Assembly (NCBI GenBank): GCA_003427395.1
Contig: BFEA01000012.1
Span: 3,227,744 to 3,286,434, forward strand
Length of the DNA: 58,691 nucleotides
Direction of reading: 5' to 3'
Origin: Chara braunii
Taxonomy: Eukaryota > Plantae > Charophyceae
Part shown: piece by piece, positions 12,690 to 24,141 of the stretch
How the letters are laid out: each line of letters opens with the position of its first letter
How positions within the stretch are numbered: position 1 is the first letter of the stretch
Position numbers and translations under genes: made by a program
The notes under the pieces: generated by a model
What the model was told of the DNA's origin: nothing
Databases searched by the model: none
What the model saw: only the letters and a program-made list of their open reading frames with translations

Positions 12690-13080
12690 CCTCCCCCCCC
12701 TTTGCCCCACTTTGCCCCCTTTCCACCCCCTTCGCCCCTGCAGGGCGAGGAATGGACTGAAGTCTAAAGCTGTAGGAACTGCCCCACTTTGCCCCCGCAG
12801 GGCGGGGAATGGATTGAAGTCGAAAGCTGTAGGAAGTGCCCCACTTTGCCCCCTTTTTTCCACCCCTTTTGCCCCCACAGGGTGGGAATGGACTGAAGTC
12901 TAAAGCGGTAGGAACTGCCCCACTTTGCCCCCTTTGCACCCCCTTTGCCTCCGCAGGGCGGGGAATGGAGATTGAAGTCGAAAGCTGTATTAAGTGCTGC
13001 TGCACTTTGCCCTCTTTTTCCCACCCCCTTCGCCCCGGCAGGGCAGGAATGGACTGAAATCGAAAGCTGTAGGAACTGCA
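12690..13080. repeat. Minisatellite, ~5 units of 60-80 bp
   Basis: Repeated gcaggg..gaatggactgaagtc..aaagctgtaggaactgccccactttgcccc. Confidence 0.9.
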
Positions 13081-13451
13081 AAGAAGGGTTCTGACAGTGG
13101 GAGGAAACTCTCCGTCAGCACTGCAATGAGAAGGGCTTCTTGATGCAGGTTGTGATGTGGCATGGGTAGCTACTAGCTATTCGCCAGATGGTGCTTTGGA
13201 GGGTTAATGAAGGCTACCAAAGGTGGCAGATGAGCTGGGAAAACGGATGAGATCCACGACTAGGGGGCACTGGCTCAATCAGCGCAAAAAACTGTGCAGT
13301 GGACAGTGGAAAGTAACGACTGAAAAATAACTTGAAAGTTGATACTGCAATGTTTCTGCAAATGCGCAATCTTAATGAATAAAAAATAACTTGAAAGTTG
13401 ATACTGCAATGTTTCTGCAAATGCGCAATCTTAATGAATAATTGTCACTAC

Positions 13452-13580
13452 TACCATCTTCACCCGAATAAAACAACCCGGTCATTATTGCCCCGTATCT
13501 GGACAGAAAGTTGCACCAAATAGAGCTATATGCTGCTATAATGACTGGGTGGCGGGCGTTCTATTGGTGTGCAGACGGTA
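13452..13580. mobile_element. MITE family A
   Basis: taccatcttcacccgaata..gcagacggta. Confidence 0.75.
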
Positions 13581-14489
13581 GCTTTGTTTGCGACAGTCGA
13601 TCACTTAGGCGAGGTCCGAGTGATAATATATGACCATGCAGTGCACTGGCAAGGCTCACGCTACTCGGCCCAGGCATGGCAGTGGGGGAGCCTGGTGCTT
13701 AGCACTGTATCGTTTGTGAAGCTGCGGGCAAGCATGGGAGCGGGGGAGTCTGGTGCTTAGCACTGTATTGTTAAGTGGAGAATGCAGAGCATGAGGAGGT
13801 TTGAGGACAAGAGTAAGAGGGACTCAGTCACACCTCTGCCTTTTATTGAGGAGTTGTGGGTGTGTGCTCATATTGTAGTCAATGGCTGCCGGTGGTTTGT
13901 GGATCTGGGCGTTACTCTCCGTGCGCTGTTGTCCTTTTTTCTTCTTTTTTTTATCATTTTCACTGTGCAGCTATGGACATGGAAATCTGACAGCAATGAA
14001 CCACAGAAGTGGAAGAGGAACGACTACTCGCAGACTTACGGAAGTGCCCTCCGAACCGTGCGAAATAGTTAGTTGCCCATTACACGGCTCACTAACTCTA
14101 CTTGCTTTGAGTTCTCTTACCTATTTGGCGGGGTTTCACTGGATCAAGTGACCAGTTTCCCCCCAAAACGTAAAAATGATTTAGCTATGAAATCATTAAA
14201 AACCTTATGGCCTTACATCGCTGCTTCACATTTCCTCTCTGTTCTTCCATCTTTGCCCCAACGCCTCTATGTATGGAGCATCTGTTTGTGCCCAAAAGTG
14301 GAAGAGGAACGACTACTTGCAATGCCAGGGACAAGGCGTCGGACCAGTGGTGATGAGACTGACTGTTAACGCCCGGCATTGCGTTGTTTGACGTCAATGG
14401 AGGGGAGGGGAGGGGAGGGGAGGGCTTCCAGAGCTCTTTCTTCATGTGTTTCAAAACCCTAACGTGGTCGCGCTGTGACCATCCTGCAG

Positions 14490-14852
14490 GTCATTGAGGA
14501 GCTGACACCATATGTGGCTCTGGCGGAGCGGCTGGCAAAGGTAGCAGTTCAGCTCGTTAGTGGCACGCATGGTATACGGGGAGTGACGATCACATACAGA
14601 TCTGCAAGGAGCATGGAGGATCTCGACACTCGGCTTCTCCGCGCATACGTGGTTAAGGGACTCGTTGAGCCAGTCTCTGAGTCAGTGGTGAACCTTGTCA
14701 ACAGTGACTATATCTCAAAGCAAAGGGGACTCAGAATAACGGAGGTACGCCAGGTCTCTGACGGCGATGACGAGGAGCCACTGGAGACCATCCAACTGCA
14801 GATAACTGACTGCGAGTCCACGTTCCCGACAGCCATTGCGACGGATGGGAGC
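14490..14852 (+). CDS. PGDH: PGDH exon (ASB/intervening domain); 3' end lost in N gap
   Basis: cag|GTC; VIEELTPYVALAERLAKVAVQLV..DLDTRLLRA..VNLVN..KQRGLRI; runs into gap 14853-15242. Confidence 0.94.
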
Positions 14853-15414
14853 NNNNNNNNNNNNNNNNNNNNNNNNNNNNNNNNNNNNNNNNNNNNNNNN
14901 NNNNNNNNNNNNNNNNNNNNNNNNNNNNNNNNNNNNNNNNNNNNNNNNNNNNNNNNNNNNNNNNNNNNNNNNNNNNNNNNNNNNNNNNNNNNNNNNNNNN
15001 NNNNNNNNNNNNNNNNNNNNNNNNNNNNNNNNNNNNNNNNNNNNNNNNNNNNNNNNNNNNNNNNNNNNNNNNNNNNNNNNNNNNNNNNNNNNNNNNNNNN
15101 NNNNNNNNNNNNNNNNNNNNNNNNNNNNNNNNNNNNNNNNNNNNNNNNNNNNNNNNNNNNNNNNNNNNNNNNNNNNNNNNNNNNNNNNNNNNNNNNNNNN
15201 NNNNNNNNNNNNNNNNNNNNNNNNNNNNNNNNNNNNNNNNNNAAAAGCATGTGGCAATGAGCTTGGCAAGGCTGCACAAGGACTGCAGTGAAATGATTAA
15301 CTTGCCGTTGGAACAGGAACCGGACTGACGCTCCCCACAATGGAAATGGAGGCAGGGCCATAAGGACCTGTTTAATTAAAAAAAAAAGGAAAAAAGGAGG
15401 AGTGTGGCACCAAC

Positions 15415-15640
15415 GAGCCTAGCTCAGTTGGTGCACCCATGAGCTGTCGAAATACAGACCTAAGTTCGAATCCAGATGCAATGAATAAAGTTAATTCTGA
15501 ATTACCTGGGCCGGTCAGCTCAATGATGATACCTCGAGGCCATCACCCTTCAAAAAAAAGAAAAGAAAGTAATTTTGAATTACCTGGCCCGGTGAGCTCA
15601 ATGATGATACCTCAAGGCCGTCACCCGTTAAAAAAAAGAA
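15415..15640 (+). mobile_element. tRNA-derived SINE-like element
   Basis: Pol III A box TAGCTCAGTTGG (15420-15431), B box GTTCGAATCC (15464-15473), no cloverleaf, tandemly duplicated 3' end with A tails; a similar 3' fragment at ~56905-56966. Confidence 0.7.
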
Positions 15641-15970
15641 AGGGGAAGAGAAGGAGGAAGGGGGAGGAGGAGTAGGAGGAAGAGGAAGAGAAGAATGGGG
15701 AGGTAAAGAGATAAGGAGCATGGCACATTCAATCCTTCGCACATTGGCTGTGCAAAAAATGCCAGGTCGATGTTAGGAGATTATTCTGCAAAACTTCACT
15801 GATATGTATTCTACTATTCCTGCAATTGTTTCTTTCTTTTCTTTTTTTTGTTGTTGTGACTGTCTGTTTGCAAGTCATGCTGCAAGTGCGTGTGTGCGTG
15901 TGAGTGTGTGTTGTAATGTTCGCTATACGGCGTATACGCGACTGCACAAAAAAGCATGACCCTGGAAGAC

Positions 15971-16055
15971 ATTTTCACCGAACTCTAACTGAGCCGTCAG
16001 GCGGTTGAACCCCAACAGTCTGCCCGGAGTGCAGTTGACTGATGGACAAGGACTC
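15971..16055 (-). mobile_element. Decayed subfamily-2 hammerhead-repeat fragment
   Basis: Minus strand reads ccttgtccatcagtcaactgcactccgggCAGACTGTT-GGGG-ttcaa-CCGC-CTGACGG. Confidence 0.55.
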
Positions 16056-16222
16056 AAGGAGTAATTAAGGACGGACCATGTCGCCGGTCGCCCAAAGTTT
16101 CTGACACCCCTGCGAAAAGTGCTTGACTTTACTCACAGTGCTTGCATGCGTGTGTGCATGCTAGGTTGTGTGTGGTTGCGTCATGACATTCTCACCGTCC
16201 TTGGAAGCATTTCAGTGCTTGC

Positions 16223-16300
<78 letters not shown>

Positions 16301-16438
16301 TCGCAGTGCTTGCATGCATGCATGCATGCGTGATAATTTGGGTGTGGCTGTGACATTCTCGTCTTCGTCGGAAGCATTTTTTCAGTGTTTTACTCGTGTG
16401 TGTGTTGTCGTATTTGCTATACACTCAAAAAAAGCATG

Positions 16439-16497
<59 letters not shown>

Positions 16498-16603
16498 ATG
16501 TGTACAATTGTCCACATTTGCATGGTATTATGCTGGTGTTGTGCTTGTGCGTCTCATTTCTATGCCGTCAATGACCATTATTTTGCTCGGTGGAATGTGG
16601 CAG

Positions 16604-16894
16604 GTTAAGGATGGAAGCCCCCACCTCTCAAGGGTCGGCATGTTTTCTGTTGACGTCCTTCTGGAAGGTGGTATCCTCCTCTGCCACCAGGTTGACCAAC
16701 CAGGAATGATTGGGAGAGTGGGGTCCCTTCTAGGTGAAGCAAATGTGAACGTCTCTTTCATGAGTGTTGGTCGAACAAGTCCACGGAAGCATGCCGTTAT
16801 GGCAATAGGCGTCGATGAAGATCCATCGGAAGAGGTGCTCTCACAAATCCTCCACATTCCTGCCATTGAGGAGATGGTGTATCTCAGGGCATGA
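16604..16894 (+). CDS. PGDH: PGDH terminal exon (ACT domain)
   Basis: cag|GTT; VKDGSPHLSRVG..HQVDQPGMIGRVGSLLGEANVNVSFMSVGR..AVMAIGVDE..IEEMVYLRA*. Confidence 0.96.
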   Translation, partial: VKDGSPHLSRVGMFSVDVLLEGGILLCHQVDQPGMIGRVGSLLGEANVNVSFMSVGRTSPRKHAVMAIGVDEDPSEEVLSQILHIPAIEEMVYLRA

Positions 16895-18302
16895 AGGACC
16901 ACCAATAGTTCTACCAACTTCTGCGGCCTTTTTCCTACCGTCGCCGTTTGTACGGAGGCCGTGGACGGAACGGTGCCAAGTTTTGTCTCTAGTCCATGAT
17001 CGCTATTGATTTCTTTTGACATCAACAAGTTGCTGATGATTTTGTTCGTCTCTTGTCGCGTCGAAGGTAAGTTACGTTTTTCAACCCTTGTTGAAGGCTC
17101 TGCAGGTTGGAGGTGGAAAAGATCTGTGTCTGAAGGTAAGTTGTTTCACTGTTAAATCAGCTTAAATGTTAGTGAAAGGCTCTGAAGGTTGGGGGTGGAA
17201 AACATCTGTGTCTTAGACTCTTAGTCACTTAGTGTCTATAAAAAAAAGGGGGGTGGGATGGTGTGCTGTTGAATGGCAGGAGAACTTTGCTGCTGTAACT
17301 TTTGTGTAGTACTTTGCCGCAACGAAGCAACTTCACACGCAAGATCAATTCTTTTTTTTTTTTCCTTTTTTTTTTTTTTTGTTGTGGCCCGATGGACCAC
17401 GGGGCAGATATTAAACTGATCGGAACAGATACGTTCCCTGCTCGATCTATTTTTAGCCAAACGGCGGAGGAAGGTATGAGGGTATGACCCAAGATCAATT
17501 CTGTGTAAACGAGAGTCTTCTTCATTGGATCGGTTGGGCCCAGCGCGACCATCCATCCACCAAAAAAACTGCGCCGAGGAGGAGAGATGGTAAGAGGCAG
17601 GTGCCGAGCACGTGAGCAGTACGAATTTGCAGACACACATCTTCATTGCGTCCCTTACGCTATCGCAGGCTGGGAACGTTAGTCTGTAGGCGAGAAGTGA
17701 GTGTGCATGTGCACGCGTGCTCGGAGGTGGGTGTTGCTGTTTTTCAAGTTTGCTCGCTTGCTCGCTTGCTCGCTTGCGCTTGCGAGAACGGAAGGGAAGG
17801 GAAGGGAGTGCGTGTGTGCACGCATGCTCAGGCAGGTGAACTTCCAACGGAGCGCGTTCGTGAAATCACGCCCCCATCTGTCAACTGACTGGCAGGCAGG
17901 GTGTGGGGTTGGCAGGCGTTAAAGAAAAGGAGAATTTCAAAGGGGATATAGATTCTATTATAGAATCATCGTAGATGTTTTCAGAAAGCTCTATTCTCGT
18001 TAAAGCTAAGGAGGTGGGGGCTGAAACATCATAGATGTTTCAGTCAAAATGCTTATGTAACAATCTTGTCGTATGGCAATTGCCGCCGTAAGGAAGTAAC
18101 CAAGGAATTTGTGAGAAAGTTTGGAAAGTTGGAAACCCATCGGTGGGTGGCCAATTCTGCACCCCAGGGTCAGCAAGGTTGTCCTGTTGTAGGCTGAGAT
18201 GTTTCGCGAGAGAGTCTCACTACCGTAAGTTTCTCTACTTTATTCTTCAGATACCAATGGTATTGCTACATATGCTTTTTTTTTTTTTTTTCCCCTTTTT
18301 TG

Positions 18303-20055
18303 CTAGGCTACCAGCCGGGCCGCCCGGGTCACCCTATTTTCCTGGACGGCCCAGCCGTGCAAGGACCAGGCAAGGTCCTAGCCAAAAAAAAAACAAAAAA
18401 AAACTATGTTATCATTGTTATGCAGAAAAATAAACTGAACAACTTTTTTTTTTTTTTTTTCCCAAAAGGGACTCTAGGGAATATCATCACAAGCTGGGAA
18501 ACGGGCCCAGCGTCCCTCGCATCAATAACCACGGCCTGCAGGGATGAACCAGGCTCTCTGACCTGGAATAACCCCACCGCGACTGAGTCACACCACAAAT
18601 TAACATCACACCCTAATTAGCCTAATTAGCGCTAATTAACGGCAGTATCCCTAACACTAAAGCACAACCCATACTGAGTCTCACCATTAATTAACATCAC
18701 ACCCTAATTAACTCTAATTAACTCTAATTAACTCTAATTAACATTGGTAACCTTAACACACCCTAAAGCACAAACAAACTAGCGTCTAAACTTTAATCAC
18801 CGAAGTCTAAGCCCTCCGGCCTGGAATAACCCACAATGGCTGAGTCACACCATACTTTACAGTGTTAACAATAATTAACGTCACCCTAATTATTTCTAAT
18901 TAACGTAGGTAACCCTAACAGTGACTAACACTAAAGCACAAACCAAATAGTGTCTAATAAACTTTAACCACCCAAGTCTGAACCCTGGAGAGTAATACAT
19001 GATTATAATCAGTTCGAGCATATCAAGCGCGTCCTATGAACAAACATAACCAAAACATAATTAGTAATTAGTAATTACCGAAGCCCCAAACCACAATCAG
19101 TAATTAATAATCGTCAAACGAAAAAACCAACGAAATTCGGAAATTACCAACCAAATAAAAACAGTAATTTTGATCATAAACATCTCTCTCTCTCTCTCTC
19201 TCTTTTTTTTTTCTTTTTTTTTTTTTTCTCTCTCGCTCTCGTCAAGGGCACTTACACTGCTAAAATAAAACTGAGTACCTTAAAGAAGGAAATGCCCGGC
19301 CAACTTCGTCCATGGAAATCATGCCATTTAGCAACCCGATGCTCAAGCGATCCGGTGTAGGGACCATCGAAGAGAAAACGCAAAGCGGCAAAAGTTTCTC
19401 TGCTCCACACGGATCGAGGAGCCCACCCTTCTCCACCACTCTCCTTCCCACCACATGCAGTTCACTCCAGCTTGGACTTCTCTCTCCTGTTCGCAGCTTT
19501 GACATCGCTCTCCTGGCCGGCATGAAAGGTTAAAATGGCCAACATCCACTCCGCCCCAAGTGAAATGCACTCGGAAGCTGTACGCCGACCGAAGAATACG
19601 CACGCGTCAACTGTGGAGCACAACTGTCCATCTCGATCCAGGTCTCCATATAAAGGACCAGGGGTAAAAAGTTACCAAAAACCCTCATCGGTTTCCATAT
19701 GCTGCTGATGTGCGGCGGCGTTGAAATCCTGCCCATGCTTGTCATACGGCAAGGAGGAGGGACCAAAGGCAGCATGCGACAACCGTATCAGTAGGCACTG
19801 GAGGCATTACCCTCCCCGTGATGCAATCGGTGCCTGCCCCAATTTTTTTAGGGCAGGCACCGAGTGCATCACGGGGAGGGTAATGCCTCCAGCCTGCTCA
19901 TACGGTTGTCGCATGCTGCCTTTGGTCCCTCCTCCAGGGTCACATCGAAATTCTTTACCATATTTAAAATGAAAAATAAACTTTAATAAAGTTAAAAAAT
20001 ATAATTTTTTTTGGCCCAGCCGGGCAAGTGGCCCCGGGCCACTCTGGTAGCCTAG
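18303..20055. mobile_element. hAT-like non-autonomous element (family C) with ~1.5 kb internal cargo
   Basis: TIR CTAGGCTACCAG/CTGGTAGCCTAG; perfect 8-bp TSD CTTTTTTG at 18295-18302 and 20056-20063. Confidence 0.8.
19753..19935. repeat. Near-perfect 183-nt fold-back
   Basis: ggaggagggaccaaaggcagcatgcgacaaccgtat..ggtgcctgccc / gggcaggcacc..atacggttgtcgcatgctgcctttggtccctcctcc, with an ~11-nt loop. Confidence 0.9.
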
Positions 20056-20082
20056 CTTTTTTGAAGTTTTTTCCCTTTTTCC

Positions 20083-20494
20083 CTAGGCTACCAGAGTGGC
20101 CGGGGACCCCCGGCCGGGCCCAACAATAAAAATAATATATATATATATATATATGATGAGTCGGTGAAACTCCGACGAAACAGTTTGTCACAGCCCCTCG
20201 TTTGTTGTCCTCTTCTCCCTCTCTGCCTACGGTTTACCGGGCAGTTCTATTTGACGATATATATATATAAAAAGGGAATAAGAGAGGTTGCAATTGAAAA
20301 GTATTGCATTGTATATATATTTAATGTGGTAAAAAATTCGATGTGACCCTGAGGCAAATGTTGTTCAGTTTATTTTTCTGCATAACATAATTGTTTTCCA
20401 GTGTTTTTTTTTGGGTCGAGACCTTCTGTGGCCCTTGCACGGCTGGGCAGCCCGGGAAAACAAGGTTACCCGGGCGGTGTGGCTGGTACCCTAC
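20083..20494. mobile_element. hAT-like MITE family C with nested hammerhead repeat
   Basis: CTAGGCTACCA..TGGTACCCTAC; conserved internal gatgtgaccctgaggcaaa..ttcagtttatttttctgcataac. Confidence 0.7.
20154..20268 (+). mobile_element. 5'-truncated hammerhead-bearing repeat inserted in (TA)n inside a hAT-like MITE
   Basis: Starts at TGATGAGTCGGTGAAACTCCGACGAAAC; (TA)n on both sides. Confidence 0.75.
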
Positions 20495-22912
20495 CTTTTT
20501 TTCCTTCTTCGTCTTCTTTTTGAAGTTTTTGTTTTTATTTTTAAAGTCTCTTAAACTTTCGTTTCTGTTTTTCCTGTTTTCCTTTTTTTTCCGTTTTCTT
20601 GAAAATTTTCCTTCTTTTTTTTTTTCGTTTTTCAAATTTTCACCCTTTTTTTTTCTTTTTTAACTTGACGGAATGCCTGAGCTCTGTTTTGCAATTATGA
20701 GATATAGTCGGACAAGTGACTGGCGAAAATGAGCGAAGCAAATGACAGAAACCAAGTTGCAGCATCCCATTGAAGTCCACCAAAAAAGAGATCCACCAAA
20801 AAAGAGCCCGGCCAGCGCTCTGCGTGTGCTTGAACTGAAAGCAGAGAATGCAACAAGAGATCCACCAAAAAAGAGCAAAACAATAAGGGCAATTGGCAAT
20901 GAAAGCCCTCTCCTCGCCTCCAACATCAATCTCTTCAATGTCACTCCCGTATAAGGCGAGAACCTGCAACCTAGAGTCTTGACCGACGACAACAGGTCTT
21001 CGTGAAGATCAGCAGCCCGATGATGAACGAAGATTCCGGCTATGGCACTCTGCTGCCCTGCGTACTAGCTGTGTATGCACAGCTTCTTCCCAGCGCCCGG
21101 CCAGCGCTCTGCCGTACTGCCCGACCAGCACCGAGGGGAGCGCCGCGGCGCGTGTTACTGCAGAGCTGCCGCTGTCGAGCCAGCCGGCATAAATGAGATC
21201 GATTCTGGCTGGGCGAGGCAGCTTCTGGATGCTCTGCCTCCGAGTCTGTCCCAGCAGCTGCACCCAGGACCCTTGCAGAAAATGTGCCTCTGGGGCTCAA
21301 CTGCAAGTGTTCTTGGCCTCAGGCATCTTCTCAGGGCCGGAGCATCTTCAACCGATCGGGCCTACTGCGTGCAGCAAGCAACCCACAAGGCCCTTCCTGC
21401 CCACATTGGCCTATTTTCAGGCCCGCCTCGAATTGTTAAGGGCCCCGCCTTCACTTTCAGGGCGGGCTCAGACGGTTTCCAGCGGGCACAGGCCCTTTTC
21501 TTTCACGGGCAAAGGCCTCACGCCTTGCAGAAAAGAGCACTGCAAATTGCCCGTATGGGAAGGACTGCTCACGTGAAATGATGCGAACTTTGCGAAGCAA
21601 TCAAACCCAGGCAGTCGATGCGCCGCACAATCGTTTCAACCGGGCAGCAGTGAAAAAGGGGACGAGTCCGGACGACAAGGTTAGAGGAATTCCAAATGCA
21701 ATCTGACTATGAGAGAAACTATGACACCTTTAGCAGCAAGGAATCCACATGGAAGTGTAATCGAGCAACCGCTGGTGCTGCTCTGCAGATTAGCAGCCCT
21801 TCATCTGGTTTCCTCTCTCTGTACACCAATATTAGCAGACCATAGTTTTATCATCAACTTCTAATAGCAGCAACAAGACAAGGAGAAGGAAGGAGGAGGA
21901 GTCAGCTGACATTCTGCGTCGCCGGCTTGCATTCACACAAGGCATCTCCAGAGGGGACAGCAAAGAAAAAAGTTAGTGGACACAGCCCTATAGCATCCTT
22001 GTATGCACGGAGAGAGCTACTGAATGCGGCGACATGGAAATAAGTACTATGTATTGAATTTGTATTCTGTAGAGTCAGGCATAGAATAAGCTACAGCTAG
22101 AGAAAGTCAGTACACGTTTGCGCCCACACCGTGACAGATACTGCCGGCGAGATCGCCGTCCCACTACAGCTAGAGATGATCAGTGCACATCTGCGGCGGG
22201 TACAAAGTACTACGAACTCACACAGAGTGTTCCAGTGCAGATACCATCCAACGATTCAACTCGCTACAGGAAACCGGCCAGCGCAACAGGAGACCATCCA
22301 TCATCCTTTACATGTGGTACGTCCTCCCTTCCCTCCTCTCCTCCCCGCCATCTCCCCCATTTGATCGTCTCCTCCCACTGAAAACTGGGCCATGTGAACC
22401 CGCCATCTCCCCCATTCGATCGCCTCGCGCTGAAAACCCGGCCATGTGACGGAACTTCGCTATTCTTTTGGGCCCAGGAGGCCATTTTACTTCAAACAAA
22501 GAGAATATTTCACATTGTGTAATCTGGACTCTTTGAGCATAGAACAGCATAGCCGACGGATTGCCTGCTGCATCGACGATTGCAGCACGGAAAATAGGCT
22601 TCTGCATCCATCACTGTACCTAGTGGGTGTGGACCTCGGATCCTTGCCACAGGCCCACAACGTACACATCATACACGTGGCCACCCGCTAGGTACTGTCC
22701 AGGGTCCATTCCGGCAGGCCCGGTGCTTCAGCCGAATATCCAAGCAGTCAGCAAAAATGCAGCATCATATATCTTTGCTCTTTTTCTTTCCTTGGGGGGG
22801 GGGGGGGGGGGGGGGGTGATAACAATATTGTCATGCCTTGTGTGCACCGGTGTGATGCGTTGTGTTCCAGTGTCCTCTGTTTGATGCCGTTACCCTGAAA
22901 CACAGTGTTGCC

Positions 22913-23021
22913 TATCTCCTTCAGGTGAATAAAACGTCCGGTCATTAAAGCTGTATACAGTGCACCTTTCAGTCCAGATACAGGTATCATGCCCATGCGT
23001 TGTATCTGGGTGAAGACGGTA
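22913..23021. mobile_element. MITE family A, degenerate
   Basis: ..cggtcattaaagctgtat..gggtgaagacggta. Confidence 0.65.
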
Positions 23022-23553
23022 CTATGATACTATAATATTGCATTGCAAGCTAGAACCAGCGGGAGGTCTCCACAATACAGTTCTAGCTGACAGACACATC
23101 CAGCAAATGGCCATAGGAAATTACTAAATTAGGAATGAGGGGAGTCGCATCGTTGCTCGATGATCTATTCTGCACTGATCATCATTGCGTGATCAAATCC
23201 TGTGTGCCGTCCATTCGACTCCCACCCCCAATGCTCCTCTTCCCCATCCCAACTGTCCCAATTCTCTCTTCCTGACATTCTTACCCGACTCTGATGCAAC
23301 GTACTACATACATCAGACATGGACATCTGCTCTTCTGAGTTGTTGGCACAAGTCCCATAGTGACATAGTCAGTGGAATACATGTTGCGATGGGATTGAGG
23401 GAAATGGCAGGAAGAGATTTCAGATTTCAGATATCCCAATTCTCTCCCGGTCCTCGGATGATGGAACGACATGTTCCCAATTCTCTCCCGGCCATTCTGA
23501 CCCTAACCTGATGCAGCTACAACGGTATCCCAATTCTCCTCCTTGGAATACTG

Positions 23554-23629
<76 letters not shown>

Positions 23630-23695
23630 CTCCATAATAAATACAGGAAGGAGACCGGACGCCCACTTCTTTGCGTCTTGCTTTCGTGTCCAGCA

Positions 23696-23747
<52 letters not shown>

Positions 23748-24141
23748 GCCCTCCCGCACAGCCACACAGTGTGCCATATCTATGGCAGCTTGAGCCTTGT
23801 GGGCCGTTGTGGCCCTAAATGCTGTTGCAAACCGCATGTCTGCCTCTGGCTGCCGAGCTGGAATGAGCCAGGAAACATTACCACGGCCCCAGGGGGAGGA
23901 CGTTAGTTAGCATGATAGCCATGTGAATGCAATGTCGGGCTTGGAGAAGAAGCACACATGGGTCTCTTTTCGCTCCGAAGCGAACATACTACTGCATCAT
24001 GCAAATCTCTTTCCGAATAAACTCTCGCAGTCAATAGTCTACTCACAGTGCAGAAGTTGGACGCCTGTCTTTCAGATATCCTCATCCGGTGGCAGCTGAT
24101 CTTTGGGTGGGAATGTTGGGAGGATTGGTGACTCATATACA

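Noticed and set aside
15415-15476. Functional tRNA gene
   Set aside because: A and B boxes present but no acceptor, anticodon or T stems; dispersed degenerate copies indicate a SINE
20660-21640. GC-rich gene-like region with several 80-170 aa ORFs
   Set aside because: No recognisable motif and stops in the frames examined; may be a decayed TE or gene, and BLASTX would be needed
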